DNA from: Bacteroidota bacterium
Lineage (GTDB): Bacteria > Bacteroidota > Bacteroidia > Flavobacteriales > Flavobacteriaceae
Direction of reading: 5' to 3'
Assembly: GCA_046050185.1 (NCBI GenBank)
Contig: JBJOQF010000016.1
Coordinates: forward strand, 1-36,628
Length of the DNA stretch: 36,628 nt
A program made the translations under genes and the position numbers. Positions 19,944 to 28,681 of this stretch are shown in pieces. The notes beneath the pieces were generated by a model, which was not told the DNA's origin, searched no databases, and was given only the letters and a program-made list of their open reading frames with translations. The stretch's first letter is position 1; each line of letters begins with the position of its first letter.

Positions 19944-20933
19944 ATGAAAGTATTAGTTTATAGCGTATTAGGTTTTGATAAACCCTTCCTGAAAAAAGCA
20001 GCCCATGGAAATCACGAATTGGTTTTCACGGGTCAGTCTTTGAGTAAAAACACGGTAAACTTTGCCAAAGGCTTTGATGCCGTTTCGCTTTTCACTTCAG
20101 ATGATGCCTCTGAAGCAATATTAGAAAAATTATACATACATGGTGTTAAATATATTGCCTTACGTACTACAGCTTCCGATAATATTGATTTGGCAAGAGC
20201 AAAATCTTTGGCAATAAAAGTAGCTAATATCCCCTCTTATTCCCCTTATTCCGTTGCTGAACTTGCGGTCTCTTTACTATTGGCATTAAACAGAAAACTT
20301 GTTTTAGGTCAAAATTTAATGCAACTAGGCGATTATCGTTTGGATCATTTAATAGGTTTTGATCTACATGGAAAAACAATAGGTATTATAGGAACTGGGG
20401 AAATTGGTGCTGCTTTTGCGAGAATCATGCATGGTTTTGGGTGTAGCCTTTTGGCCTTTGATAAGGACGAAAATAAGGCGTTGATGAATGAAATCCCAAT
20501 CAATTATGCTTCATTGGAAGAGGTTTGTAAAAATTCAGATGTAATTTCCGTGCATTGTCAATTAGATGAAACAACTGACCATCTGTTTAATAAAAACACT
20601 TTTTCGCAAATGAAAAAAGGAATGATTTTTATTAATACAGCTCATGGAAGTATTGTAAATACTGAAAGTTTAGTGGAAGCGATAGAAAATAAAACACTGT
20701 CAGCTATAGGTTTAGATGTTTATGAAAAAGAGAAACCTATATTTTTTCAAGATCATACTGATTCTCCCGTAAGTGATCCTTTGTTTCTAAAACTTCGTTC
20801 CTTTCCAAATGTGATGATTACGGGGCATCAGGGTTTTTTGACAAATGAAGTTTTAGAAGGAATTGCCCATAGCACTATTGCCAATTTAAACGCTTGGGCA
20901 TACACCGGTATGTCTGAAAATGAAATAAACTGA
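19944..20933 (+). CDS. ldhA: D-lactate / D-2-hydroxyacid dehydrogenase family protein
   Basis: YSPYSVAE, GFDLHGKTIGIIGTGEIG, GLDVYEKE, ITGHQGFLT; the canonical NTxRG reads NTAHG. Confidence 0.8.
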   Translation: MKVLVYSVLGFDKPFLKKAAHGNHELVFTGQSLSKNTVNFAKGFDAVSLFTSDDASEAILEKLYIHGVKYIALRTTASDNIDLARAKSLAIKVANIPSYSPYSVAELAVSLLLALNRKLVLGQNLMQLGDYRLDHLIGFDLHGKTIGIIGTGEIGAAFARIMHGFGCSLLAFDKDENKALMNEIPINYASLEEVCKNSDVISVHCQLDETTDHLFNKNTFSQMKKGMIFINTAHGSIVNTESLVEAIENKTLSAIGLDVYEKEKPIFFQDHTDSPVSDPLFLKLRSFPNVMITGHQGFLTNEVLEGIAHSTIANLNAWAYTGMSENEIN

Positions 20934-21033
20934 TTGTTGTTGTTTTTATTTTTAAATAAATGCAAGCTGTTTTTTTTTATTTGCTTATTTTTTTCTAATC
21001 ATGCTATGCTTATAGCATTTAAAATTTAAAAAA

Positions 21034-22140
21034 ATGAAAGGATCTTTTAAACTCGGAAAAGTAGCAGGTATCGGGATATTTGTTCATTGGACTTTCTCTT
21101 TACTTATTTTGTTTATCATTTTCATTAACTACAAAGCTGGTCAGAATACTGCTCAAATAATATGGTCTGTTGCCTTTATTTTATGCATTTTTGTTACTGT
21201 TTTATTACACGAACTGGGACATGCTCTGGCAGCAAAAAACTATAATATAGTCACCAAAGACATTACGCTTTTGCCCATTGGTGGTTTAGCCCGATTAGAG
21301 CGAATACCTGAAAAACCATCCGAAGAATTAATAGTCGCTTTGGCCGGTCCTTTGGTAAATTTCGCCTTGGCATTTATAACAGGATTTTTTATTACACTTC
21401 CTGATACTTCCGAAAAATTGATGGCTGAATTAGCCAATGGTGTAAATGCACATAATTTTTTACTCAATTTCTTTTTAGTCAATTTTTGGTTGGCACTTTT
21501 CAATTTAATTCCAGCATTTCCTATGGATGGTGGCAGAGTTTTACGGGCACTATTATCTTTTAAATTACAACGTCATGTTGCCACAAGAATCTCAGCACGA
21601 ATTGGTCAAATAGTAGCCTTGGGTTTTATCCTTTTGGGATTTTTCACCTCCCCTTTTTTGATTTTTATAGGTATATTTGTTATTGTAGGGGCACAAATTG
21701 AAGCTGATTATACCGAATCTAAATTCATGCTGAAAGGTTTTAAAGTCCATGATGTACTAATGAAAGATTACCAAAGAATTGATGCAAATGAAAAAGTAAA
21801 AAAAGCAGTTGAATTATTATTGAACAGCCAAAACAAGAATTTTTTGATTACTGAAAATGATATTGCTGTTGGAACACTTAATCGCGACCAAATTATAATG
21901 GCACTTTCTAAAAAAGGAGAAGACGAATTCATTTATAATATCATGGATCGAAATTTGATATTTCTAGACAGTAATTCTCTTTTAGAAAATGTCTTTGAGT
22001 TGATACAGCAAAATAAATCAACATTAATGCTAGTTATGGAAAACAATGAACTGGCAGGAGCTTTGGATGTAGAAAATCTTATCGAATTCATTTTAATTAA
22101 CGAGGTAAAAATAAATAAAGCCCATGACGAAAAGCAATAA
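21034..22140 (+). CDS. Site-2 (M50) metalloprotease with CBS domains
   Basis: HELGH, AGP, FNLIPAFPMDGGR, multiple TM segments, C-terminal CBS pair. Confidence 0.92.
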   Translation: MKGSFKLGKVAGIGIFVHWTFSLLILFIIFINYKAGQNTAQIIWSVAFILCIFVTVLLHELGHALAAKNYNIVTKDITLLPIGGLARLERIPEKPSEELIVALAGPLVNFALAFITGFFITLPDTSEKLMAELANGVNAHNFLLNFFLVNFWLALFNLIPAFPMDGGRVLRALLSFKLQRHVATRISARIGQIVALGFILLGFFTSPFLIFIGIFVIVGAQIEADYTESKFMLKGFKVHDVLMKDYQRIDANEKVKKAVELLLNSQNKNFLITENDIAVGTLNRDQIIMALSKKGEDEFIYNIMDRNLIFLDSNSLLENVFELIQQNKSTLMLVMENNELAGALDVENLIEFILINEVKINKAHDEKQ

Positions 22141-23281
22141 TTCCTTTACTGCTCCTAAAAACCTTGAGCTTGTTTTAAGTGGCGAAGATTATTTTTCTCG
22201 ATTAGAAACCATTATCCGTAATTCTCAATTTGAAATCCACATTCAAATGTATCTTTTTGAAAACGATGCAACGGGAAAAAGAATTATTACTGCATTAAAA
22301 GAAGCCGCTTCACGCCATGTTAAAATTTATATCCTTTTAGATGGTTTGGGCTCTTTAACATTTCCCTCTGAGACCCTAAACGAAATGAAACAAAGCGGAA
22401 TTAACATTCGCTTTTTTGCGCCTTTGTTTTCAACATATACCTTTTATCTTGGCCGAAGATTACATCGAAAAGTAGTTGTTGCTGATGCAAAAATTGCTCT
22501 AATTGGTGGTATTAACATCGCCGATAAATACTGCGGAACTCCTACAGAAGCACCTTGGCTTGACTATGCCGTTCAGCTAAATGGTATAATTGCTCAGCCG
22601 CTTCAGGAGTTATGCGTTGCTATTTATTTTAAGAAAATACGCTTTCAAAACAAAAAAATAAAATCAGCATTTCATGTTCAGGACGATACTTTGGTACGCA
22701 TCATTCAAAATGACTGGTTAAAACGAAAAACCGAAATTTGCGATGCGTATATAAAGTACATTCGGCATGCAAAAAAAGAAATAATTATAGTAGGAAGTTA
22801 TTTTCTTCCAGGCATACGAATCATTCAAGCCTTGAAAAAAGCTTCCAAAAATAATGTAAAAATAAAATTAATTCTATCCGGGATTTCAGATCTTCCTTTG
22901 ACCAGACGTGCCACTTGTTTTCTTTATGGTAAATTACTTAATTACAATATTGAATTGTATGAATGGGACAAATCTATTTTACACGGAAAAACGGCAGTTA
23001 TTGATGGATACTGGACTACAATAGGCTCTTTTAACCTGAATAATTTAAGTTCGTACGGAAGCCTCGAAATGAATGTTGAAATAAATTCTGCTGCATTTTC
23101 TAAAATGTACCAAATACATCTCGAGGAGATTATTGTACAATGCCAGAGAATAACTCCGGAATCCCTAAAAATGAAAAGTAATATATTCTCGAAATTCATT
23201 AACCTGATATCGTATTGTATTACCCGAATAATAGAACTAATTGTCACTTATACGCCCCATAAACGTTTCTATAATTCATAA
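22124..23281 (+). CDS. clsB: Cardiolipin synthase B-like phospholipase D
   Basis: Two HKD motifs (LHRKVVVAD, LHGKTAVID), GGINI, GSFNL; no N-terminal TM segments. Confidence 0.8.
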   Translation: MTKSNNSFTAPKNLELVLSGEDYFSRLETIIRNSQFEIHIQMYLFENDATGKRIITALKEAASRHVKIYILLDGLGSLTFPSETLNEMKQSGINIRFFAPLFSTYTFYLGRRLHRKVVVADAKIALIGGINIADKYCGTPTEAPWLDYAVQLNGIIAQPLQELCVAIYFKKIRFQNKKIKSAFHVQDDTLVRIIQNDWLKRKTEICDAYIKYIRHAKKEIIIVGSYFLPGIRIIQALKKASKNNVKIKLILSGISDLPLTRRATCFLYGKLLNYNIELYEWDKSILHGKTAVIDGYWTTIGSFNLNNLSSYGSLEMNVEINSAAFSKMYQIHLEEIIVQCQRITPESLKMKSNIFSKFINLISYCITRIIELIVTYTPHKRFYNS

Positions 23282-23391
23282 ATCCAATTGCATTTTTGAG
23301 CAAAATATAAAAAGGTCATTTAAGTTTTATGGAATAAAAATAATACTGGAAAAATTAGTGTTATCAGTACCGTTTATTTAAATATTTTTTG

Positions 23392-23399
23392 TAACTTTA
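23392..23399 (+). promoter_or_regulatory. Possible Bacteroidota -7 box for the 41-aa ORF
   Basis: TAACTTTA, one mismatch to TAnnTTTG, about 80 nt upstream of ATG 23478. Confidence 0.35.
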
Positions 23400-23477
23400 G
23401 ATGTGCTTTAAATAATTTAAAACACTAAAAATAAGCATTTTATAAATTTTTAAAATATAAATTTAGAATTTAAAAAA

Positions 23478-23603
23478 ATGGAACCACATCGAATAAAAAC
23501 TAAAAAAAAAGAGGAATGGATTCAAAAGGATTTCGAGAATAAAATCCCGAAATTAGATCAAAAAACACTATTTCTTCCCAGTCAGGATGAATTGTTCTTT
23601 TAG
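23478..23603 (+). CDS. Unannotated 41-aa small protein upstream of the retron RNA
   Basis: ATG after A-rich leader TTTAAAAAAATG; MEPHRIKTKKKEEWIQKDFENKIPKLDQKTLFLPSQDELFF*; below the ORF-track cut-off. Confidence 0.5.
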   Translation: MEPHRIKTKKKEEWIQKDFENKIPKLDQKTLFLPSQDELFF

Positions 23604-23624
23604 TTTATCTCTCAAATAAATTTG
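23592..23624 (+). promoter_or_regulatory. Bacteroidota housekeeping promoter for the ncRNA-RT unit
   Basis: Perfect -7 box TAAATTTG (23617-23624) with TTG at 23592-23594; predicted start near 23630, right where the structured region begins. Confidence 0.6.
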
Positions 23625-23629
23625 TTTAC

Positions 23630-23789
23630 ACAGGTTAGCAACGGAGCCGTGAGTCACTGTTCTGTAATTGAATGCTCTTTCAAGCACCAGGTTTAAAAGA
23701 TTCTCCGCAGAGCTACGAACTTTTAAACCGGTATTCTTAATTGGGGTTAGGGACAAAATAGTCCCTGCTCCATTAACGATTTAAGCCCT
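23630..23789 (+). ncRNA. Putative retron msr-msd RNA
   Basis: GC-richer structured segment directly 5' of a retron RT. Long hairpin ACC(A)GGTTTAAAAG(A)TTC 23686-23703 / GAACTTTTAAACCGGT 23717-23732; hairpin AGGGAC/GTCCCT 23749-23766; end pairing GTTA..GGAGC (23634-23647) with GCTCC..TAAC (23767-23777); TTAGC at 23635-23639 as candidate branch-G context. Confidence 0.7.
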
Positions 23790-24851
23790 ATGGATTTTAT
23801 TCAATACAAAGAAGCCTTTAGACATGATGCCCATAAAAAAGGCTATTTAGAACAGAATATTCAGCGCTGTCTGGATTATGCTGAAGTTTTATTTGCACAT
23901 GATATTCCTGTAATTTATAATCCAACCCATTTATCACTTTTGGTTGGATATAAAAAAGAATTTCTAAAAAAAGCGGCTCTTTATCCCAAACGTTATTATC
24001 GCGATTTTGAGATTTTCAAAAAAAATGGCAGCAAACGACTTATTTCTGAGCCACTTCCCAGTTTGAAAGAAATCCAAATCTGGATTCTAAGAAACATCCT
24101 TTATAAAGTGCCCGTTAGCCCTTTTGCGAAAGCATACAAACCTAATATAAGTATCCTGGAAAATCTTAAATTCCATAAAAACCAACTCAAAGTTTTCACG
24201 CTGGATTTAGAGCATTTCTTTCCTTCTATTGGCTTTGAGGTGGTTGAAAAAGAATTTCTTGAAATGGGATATTCCAAAATGGTCTCAAAACTGCTTTCAA
24301 AATTATGCATCCGTGATGGAAGTTTACCACAAGGTGCGCCAACGAGTCCCTATCTTTCGAATTTGATTTTCAAAGAAGCCGATGCGGTGATTTCTGATTA
24401 TTGTATCCAACATAAAATAAGATACACCCGTTATGCTGACGATTTGAGTTTTTCCGGAGACTTTGATGAAAATAAGCTACTCCATAAAGTAACTGAAACC
24501 ATCGAGAAATTAAATTTTCATCTCAATAAAACCAAAACCAAACTCATGACGCCTGACTGCCGCCAAACTGTTACGGGTATTGTGGTTAATGAAAAACCGC
24601 AGGTCGTATTTCATAAACGTAATGATTTGAGACAGGCCATGTATTATATCAAGAAATTTGGTTTCGAAGAACACCGGGAATACAAAGAGATTGACCAAAA
24701 GAATTATCTGGAACATTTGTTAGGAAAAATAAATTTTGTACTGCAAATAAACCCAAGTGACACTGAATTTATAGGCTACAAATCCATACTGATTGACTTA
24801 AAAAAGAAACAGGATTTAAAAGCGATGGAAGATGAATTATTGCCAATATGA
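23790..24851 (+). CDS. Retron-type reverse transcriptase
   Basis: KKNGSKRLISEP, region-X-like SILENLKFH (NAxxH variant, 24162-24176), LDLEHFFPSI, LPQGAPTSPYLSN, YTRYADD (YADD 24432-24443), region-Y QTVTGIVVN (VTG 24570-24578). Confidence 0.93.
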   Translation: MDFIQYKEAFRHDAHKKGYLEQNIQRCLDYAEVLFAHDIPVIYNPTHLSLLVGYKKEFLKKAALYPKRYYRDFEIFKKNGSKRLISEPLPSLKEIQIWILRNILYKVPVSPFAKAYKPNISILENLKFHKNQLKVFTLDLEHFFPSIGFEVVEKEFLEMGYSKMVSKLLSKLCIRDGSLPQGAPTSPYLSNLIFKEADAVISDYCIQHKIRYTRYADDLSFSGDFDENKLLHKVTETIEKLNFHLNKTKTKLMTPDCRQTVTGIVVNEKPQVVFHKRNDLRQAMYYIKKFGFEEHREYKEIDQKNYLEHLLGKINFVLQINPSDTEFIGYKSILIDLKKKQDLKAMEDELLPI

Positions 24852-24879
24852 CAGAAATCATACTTATCATAGAAATTCA

Positions 24880-24903
24880 AAAAAGCTCCAAATGGAGCTT
24901 TTT
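24880..24903 (+). terminator. Intrinsic terminator after the RT
   Basis: AAAAAGCTCC-AAAT-GGAGCTTTTT hairpin with U-tract about 30 nt after the RT stop. Confidence 0.8.
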
Positions 24904-24941
24904 AAATAAACACAATCAACTAATTTCAAAATTGATATAAC

Positions 24942-25520
24942 ATGAAAAAAATAACAGTAATTATCGTAACCTTATTTTTCTCTACTTTTCTATTGGCACA
25001 AACAACATGGAAAGCAGATCCGATGCATTCAAAACTAACTTTTAGCACCGTTCACCATGGCATTTCTGATATTGCCGGATTATTCAAAATATTTGAGATA
25101 ACCGCAACAGCCAAAAAAGCTGATTTTAGTGATGCATCTTTTGAACTTTCGACTGAAGTAACCTCCATCAATACCGAAGTGGAAATGCGGGATAATCATT
25201 TGCGAAGTGCTGAATTCTTTGAAGTGGAAAAATACCCAAAAATGACTTTTAAAAGTACTTCCATAAAAAAATTCGGAAAAGAAAAAGGGAAATACAAACT
25301 AATGGGAAACCTTACACTACACGGAATTACCAAGCCTGTTACCCTGAATATGTGGTATAGGGGAACGATAATAAATCCCCAATCAAAAGCAATCACAGCC
25401 GGCTTTCAGTTTAGTGGCATTATAAAACGATCTGATTTTGATATTGGTCCAAAATTTCCTGCGCCAATGATTAGTGATGAAGTAAAAATTAAAGCTGATA
25501 GTGAATTCATCAAGCAATAA
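24942..25520 (+). CDS. YceI-family polyisoprenoid-binding protein
   Basis: Signal peptide ending AQ; WKADPMHS, SINT..RDNHLRS.EFF, GNLTLHGITKPV, IKRSDF. Confidence 0.93.
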   Translation: MKKITVIIVTLFFSTFLLAQTTWKADPMHSKLTFSTVHHGISDIAGLFKIFEITATAKKADFSDASFELSTEVTSINTEVEMRDNHLRSAEFFEVEKYPKMTFKSTSIKKFGKEKGKYKLMGNLTLHGITKPVTLNMWYRGTIINPQSKAITAGFQFSGIIKRSDFDIGPKFPAPMISDEVKIKADSEFIKQ

Positions 25521-25682
25521 TTTTTTTAGTGAATTGAAAAAAAACTTGTCAATAATTTAGATTAGAACAATTACCTAAAAACGCTTTTCTCCTTTTTTCA
25601 GCCTTTAAAAAACATCTCTTTTCAACGACTAATCCACTCACAATAAAATACTTAATTCTTATTTTAACAACAAAAAATTGAT

Positions 25683-25690
25683 TAAATTTG
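25683..25690 (+). promoter_or_regulatory. Bacteroidota -7 promoter box
   Basis: TAAATTTG about 90 nt upstream of the USP gene. Confidence 0.5.
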
Positions 25691-25782
25691 ATAGTAGAAA
25701 TAGTTCATTGGTAGGATATAATTCTTTGTGCTTCCAGAGATTAAAAGGAGTCATTTAACAGTAATTATAAAAATAAAATAAC

Positions 25783-26217
25783 ATGGATAACATGAAAAAA
25801 ATAGTAATCGCAGTTGACAATGACCCCACTTCAGAAAAAATTGCGTTAAAGGGTTTTCAACTCGGTCTTCAACTGAATGCTGAAATTACATTACTAAGCG
25901 TTGTTGATTTGACAATGCTTATAACTGAAAGCGCTGTCATTCCTAAGGAATTTGCTGATATCACCATAAACGACTACAAAAAAAATCAGCAAATACTTGT
26001 TGATACCATATTTAAGGATTATAAAGTTAGGACTTATGTAGAAGAAGGAATCCCACATGAAGTAATTTTGAATGTAGCTAAAGAATGGGATGCCGATATA
26101 ATTGTTTTGGGTACACATGGCAGAACAGGATTTTCACATTTAATCATGGGCAGTGTCGCTGAAAAAGTAATAAGACATTCCGAAATACCAGTATTTATCA
26201 TACCAATTAAGTCCTGA
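25783..26217 (+). CDS. Universal stress protein (UspA family)
   Basis: KKIVIAVD, DIIVLGTHGRTG..MGSVAEKVIRHS..PV; alternative start 25792. Confidence 0.93.
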   Translation: MDNMKKIVIAVDNDPTSEKIALKGFQLGLQLNAEITLLSVVDLTMLITESAVIPKEFADITINDYKKNQQILVDTIFKDYKVRTYVEEGIPHEVILNVAKEWDADIIVLGTHGRTGFSHLIMGSVAEKVIRHSEIPVFIIPIKS

Positions 26218-26330
26218 TTAAAAAATTTCTTCCAAACAATGTATGCGGAAGAAACAATTCATTAATCAATTGTAAATGTAGTTAGTTACAGATTTAATAG
26301 CAACATTGATAATTCTAAAAACAATCCAGC

Positions 26331-27233
26331 ATGGCATTTATAGACTATTACAAAATCCTTGAAGTGGATAAAAAAGCAACGGAAGCCGATATTAAAAAGG
26401 CGTACCGTAAAATGGCACGAAAATACCATCCCGACTTAAATCCAAACGATAAGGAAGCCGAAAGAAAATTCAAAGAAATTAATGAGGCCAACGAAGTATT
26501 GAGCCATGCCGAAAATCGTAAAAAATATGATGAATACGGCGAAAACTGGCAACATGCTGAGCAATATGAACAAGCTAAACAGCAAGGGCAATATTCCAGA
26601 GGTGGACAACAAGATGGTTTTGGCGGATTTAGCGGCGGTGGAGATTTTTCAGATTTTTTTGAATCTATGTTTGGTGGTCGTGCTTCAGGAGGTGGAGGCC
26701 GTCAACGTAATACCCAATTTAAAGGCCAGGATTTCAGTACTGAATTATATCTGGACCTAAAAGACGTTTATACCACCCACAAACGAACCTTAACAATCAA
26801 TGGCAAAAACATCCGAATCACTATTCCTGCCGGAGTAGAGAATGGTCAGCAAATAAAAATCAGCGGACTTGGAGGAGAAGGCTCCGGCGGAGGACCAAAA
26901 GGAGATTTGTATATCACTTTTGCTATTGAAAACCACACTAATTTTAAGCTGGACAAACACAATTTATATTCCACTGTTGATTTAGATTTATACACCGCCA
27001 TATTAGGTGGCGAAATCACCGCAGACACATTTGACGGAAAAGTAAAACTTACGGTAAAATCCGGAACCCAAAACGGAACTAAAATAAAACTGAAAGGAAA
27101 AGGATTCCCTATTTATAAAAAAGAAGGGGAATTTGGTGATTTATACCTTACGTATCAAATACAAATCCCCACAAACCTTACCGAAAAAGAAAAAGAATTA
27201 TTTACGGAACTTGCTAAGTTAAGAACGTCATGA
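26331..27233 (+). CDS. cbpA: DnaJ-class co-chaperone CbpA
   Basis: J domain (DYYKIL..YHPD), G/F-rich linker, C-terminal DnaJ domains, no zinc finger; coupled to cbpM. Confidence 0.9.
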   Translation: MAFIDYYKILEVDKKATEADIKKAYRKMARKYHPDLNPNDKEAERKFKEINEANEVLSHAENRKKYDEYGENWQHAEQYEQAKQQGQYSRGGQQDGFGGFSGGGDFSDFFESMFGGRASGGGGRQRNTQFKGQDFSTELYLDLKDVYTTHKRTLTINGKNIRITIPAGVENGQQIKISGLGGEGSGGGPKGDLYITFAIENHTNFKLDKHNLYSTVDLDLYTAILGGEITADTFDGKVKLTVKSGTQNGTKIKLKGKGFPIYKKEGEFGDLYLTYQIQIPTNLTEKEKELFTELAKLRTS

Positions 27234-27523
27234 ACATAGAAAACCTTATTCCCTTACCTACACTAATTGCCCATTACAAAGTTGAAATGGCATTTTTTAA
27301 CACCCTCAGTGAAATGGGCTTACTTGAAATAAAAACAATCGAAGATACGCAATACATTCACCCTGATGCTATTTTTGAAATAGAGAAAATGATTCGGATG
27401 CATCAGGAATTAGAGGTTAACATCGAAGGAATTGATGTGGTATTCAATCTTTTGCAAAAGATAGAAGACTTGCAAAATGAATTAATCACTGTTAAAAATA
27501 GATTGCGTTTGTACGAAAGTTGA
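27230..27523 (+). CDS. cbpM: Chaperone modulator CbpM (MerR-like HTH)
   Basis: ATGA overlap with cbpA; [23 protein letters not shown]. Confidence 0.88.
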   Translation: MNIENLIPLPTLIAHYKVEMAFFNTLSEMGLLEIKTIEDTQYIHPDAIFEIEKMIRMHQELEVNIEGIDVVFNLLQKIEDLQNELITVKNRLRLYES

Positions 27524-27846
27524 TTTTGTATAAACTACTATTATACTTAAAATAACCATGGGTGTAATTGTTTTTTGATGATCATTTTTCTTCTGTTTGA
27601 ATGATTTATACAAAAGATAAAATATTTTTGAAACCAATGTTTCTGAAATTTAGTTCTATTAATTCTTGCCTAATTTTTAATTTATAATGTATTCCCTTTC
27701 TTAATATTACAATTTTATAAAAGAAAGAACCCTACTAAATTGGCTTAATTTTACTATACTTTTTTTAAATCGATTTTTTCTCGACAAAATTATAAAAAAA
27801 ACAGACTAACAACACGTAAAACCACTGATAATCAAGTAAATAATCG

Positions 27847-27854
27847 TATATTTG
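27847..27854 (+). promoter_or_regulatory. Bacteroidota -7 promoter box
   Basis: TATATTTG about 40 nt upstream of mlaE. Confidence 0.55.
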
Positions 27855-27892
27855 AGTAGCCATTTTTCTATTAAAAATTAATTCATTTGCCT

Positions 27893-28675
27893 ATGAATAG
27901 TATTTTTAAAATAATCGAAATATTCAAAGGTTTTTTAATTGAAATTGGTGAACTCTCCTATTTTGCCGGTCGTTTTTTTAAAGAAGCATTTAAACGCCCT
28001 TCAGAATTCAGGGAATTTCTTCGCCAATGCTTTTATATGGGAAACCGTTCCCTGCTTCTAGTAGCTGTTACGGGATTTATTATTGGTCTGGTTTTCACCT
28101 TACAATCACGTCCTACATTGCTGGAATTTGGCGCCGTTTCCTGGATGCCGTCTATGGTGAGTATTTCACTTATTAGAGAAATTGGACCTATTATTACCGC
28201 TTTAATTTGTGCAGGACGTATCGGTTCCGGTATTGGTGCTGAATTAGGCTCTATGAGAGTTACGGAACAAATTGATGCTATGGAAGTTTCAGGAACAAAT
28301 CCTTTTAAATACCTAGTGGTTACACGTATATTAGCAACCACTTTCATGCTTCCTATTTTGGTTTTTTTTGGAGATGCTATTGCAATTTTTGGCTCTTTTC
28401 TGGTAGAAAACATCAAGGGAAATGTTTCTTTTTTATTGTATTACAATCAGGTTTTTGATGCGTTGGAATTTGGCGATTTAATACCTGCAACTATTAAGAC
28501 TTTCTTTTTTGGATTTGCCATAGGATTAGTAGGCTGTTTTAAGGGATATTATTGTAAAAAAGGAACTGCCGGTGTAGGTTTAGCTGCTAATTCAGCGGTA
28601 GTTTTCACCTCGATGCTACTTTTTATTATTGATTTTATTGCTGTTTTTGTTACCGATATTTTTTATGATTTATAA
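27893..28675 (+). CDS. mlaE: MlaE-family ABC permease
   Basis: REIGPIITAL..GRIGSGIGAELGSMRVTEQIDAMEV; ATG 27893 chosen, TTG 27887 alternative. Confidence 0.92.
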   Translation: MNSIFKIIEIFKGFLIEIGELSYFAGRFFKEAFKRPSEFREFLRQCFYMGNRSLLLVAVTGFIIGLVFTLQSRPTLLEFGAVSWMPSMVSISLIREIGPIITALICAGRIGSGIGAELGSMRVTEQIDAMEVSGTNPFKYLVVTRILATTFMLPILVFFGDAIAIFGSFLVENIKGNVSFLLYYNQVFDALEFGDLIPATIKTFFFGFAIGLVGCFKGYYCKKGTAGVGLAANSAVVFTSMLLFIIDFIAVFVTDIFYDL

Positions 28676-28681
28676 CTAATT

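Noticed and set aside
21001-21018. ATGCTAT/ATAGCAT 7-bp inverted repeat before the site-2 protease gene
   Set aside because: Short and AT-rich; cannot be distinguished from chance.
22124-23281. PLD-family gene as the retron effector
   Set aside because: It has a two-HKD ClsB-like architecture, overlaps the upstream site-2 protease gene, and is separated from the RNA by about 350 nt with its own promoter boxes in between.
23568-23756. 62-aa antisense ORF across the ncRNA (possible cDNA-encoded gene, as in DRT2-type systems)
   Set aside because: TTG start, no recognisable features, and the RT motifs are retron-type. Revisit only if concatemeric cDNA is found.
23790-24851. Group II intron, DGR or CRISPR-associated RT
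   Set aside because: No maturase/endonuclease domain or intron-sized RNA, no TR/VR repeat pair or Avd gene, and no cas genes or array.
24848-24861. FNR/CRP-like palindrome ATGACAGAAATCAT upstream of yceI
   Set aside because: A single imperfect instance overlapping the RT stop; I could not find a consistent copy upstream of the other genes.
23767-24898. 8-nt complementarity between GCTCCATT (23767-23774) and AATGGAGC in the RT terminator (24891-24898)
   Set aside because: Too short over 1.1 kb, and the terminator arm has its own local partner.
24942-25520. YceI as the retron effector
   Set aside because: It is a secreted, ordinary YceI located after a clear terminator.
27524-27615. 11-bp inverted repeat TTTTGTATAAA/TTTATACAAAA (MITE-like?)
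   Set aside because: Almost all A/T, with no target-site duplication or second copy in the window.
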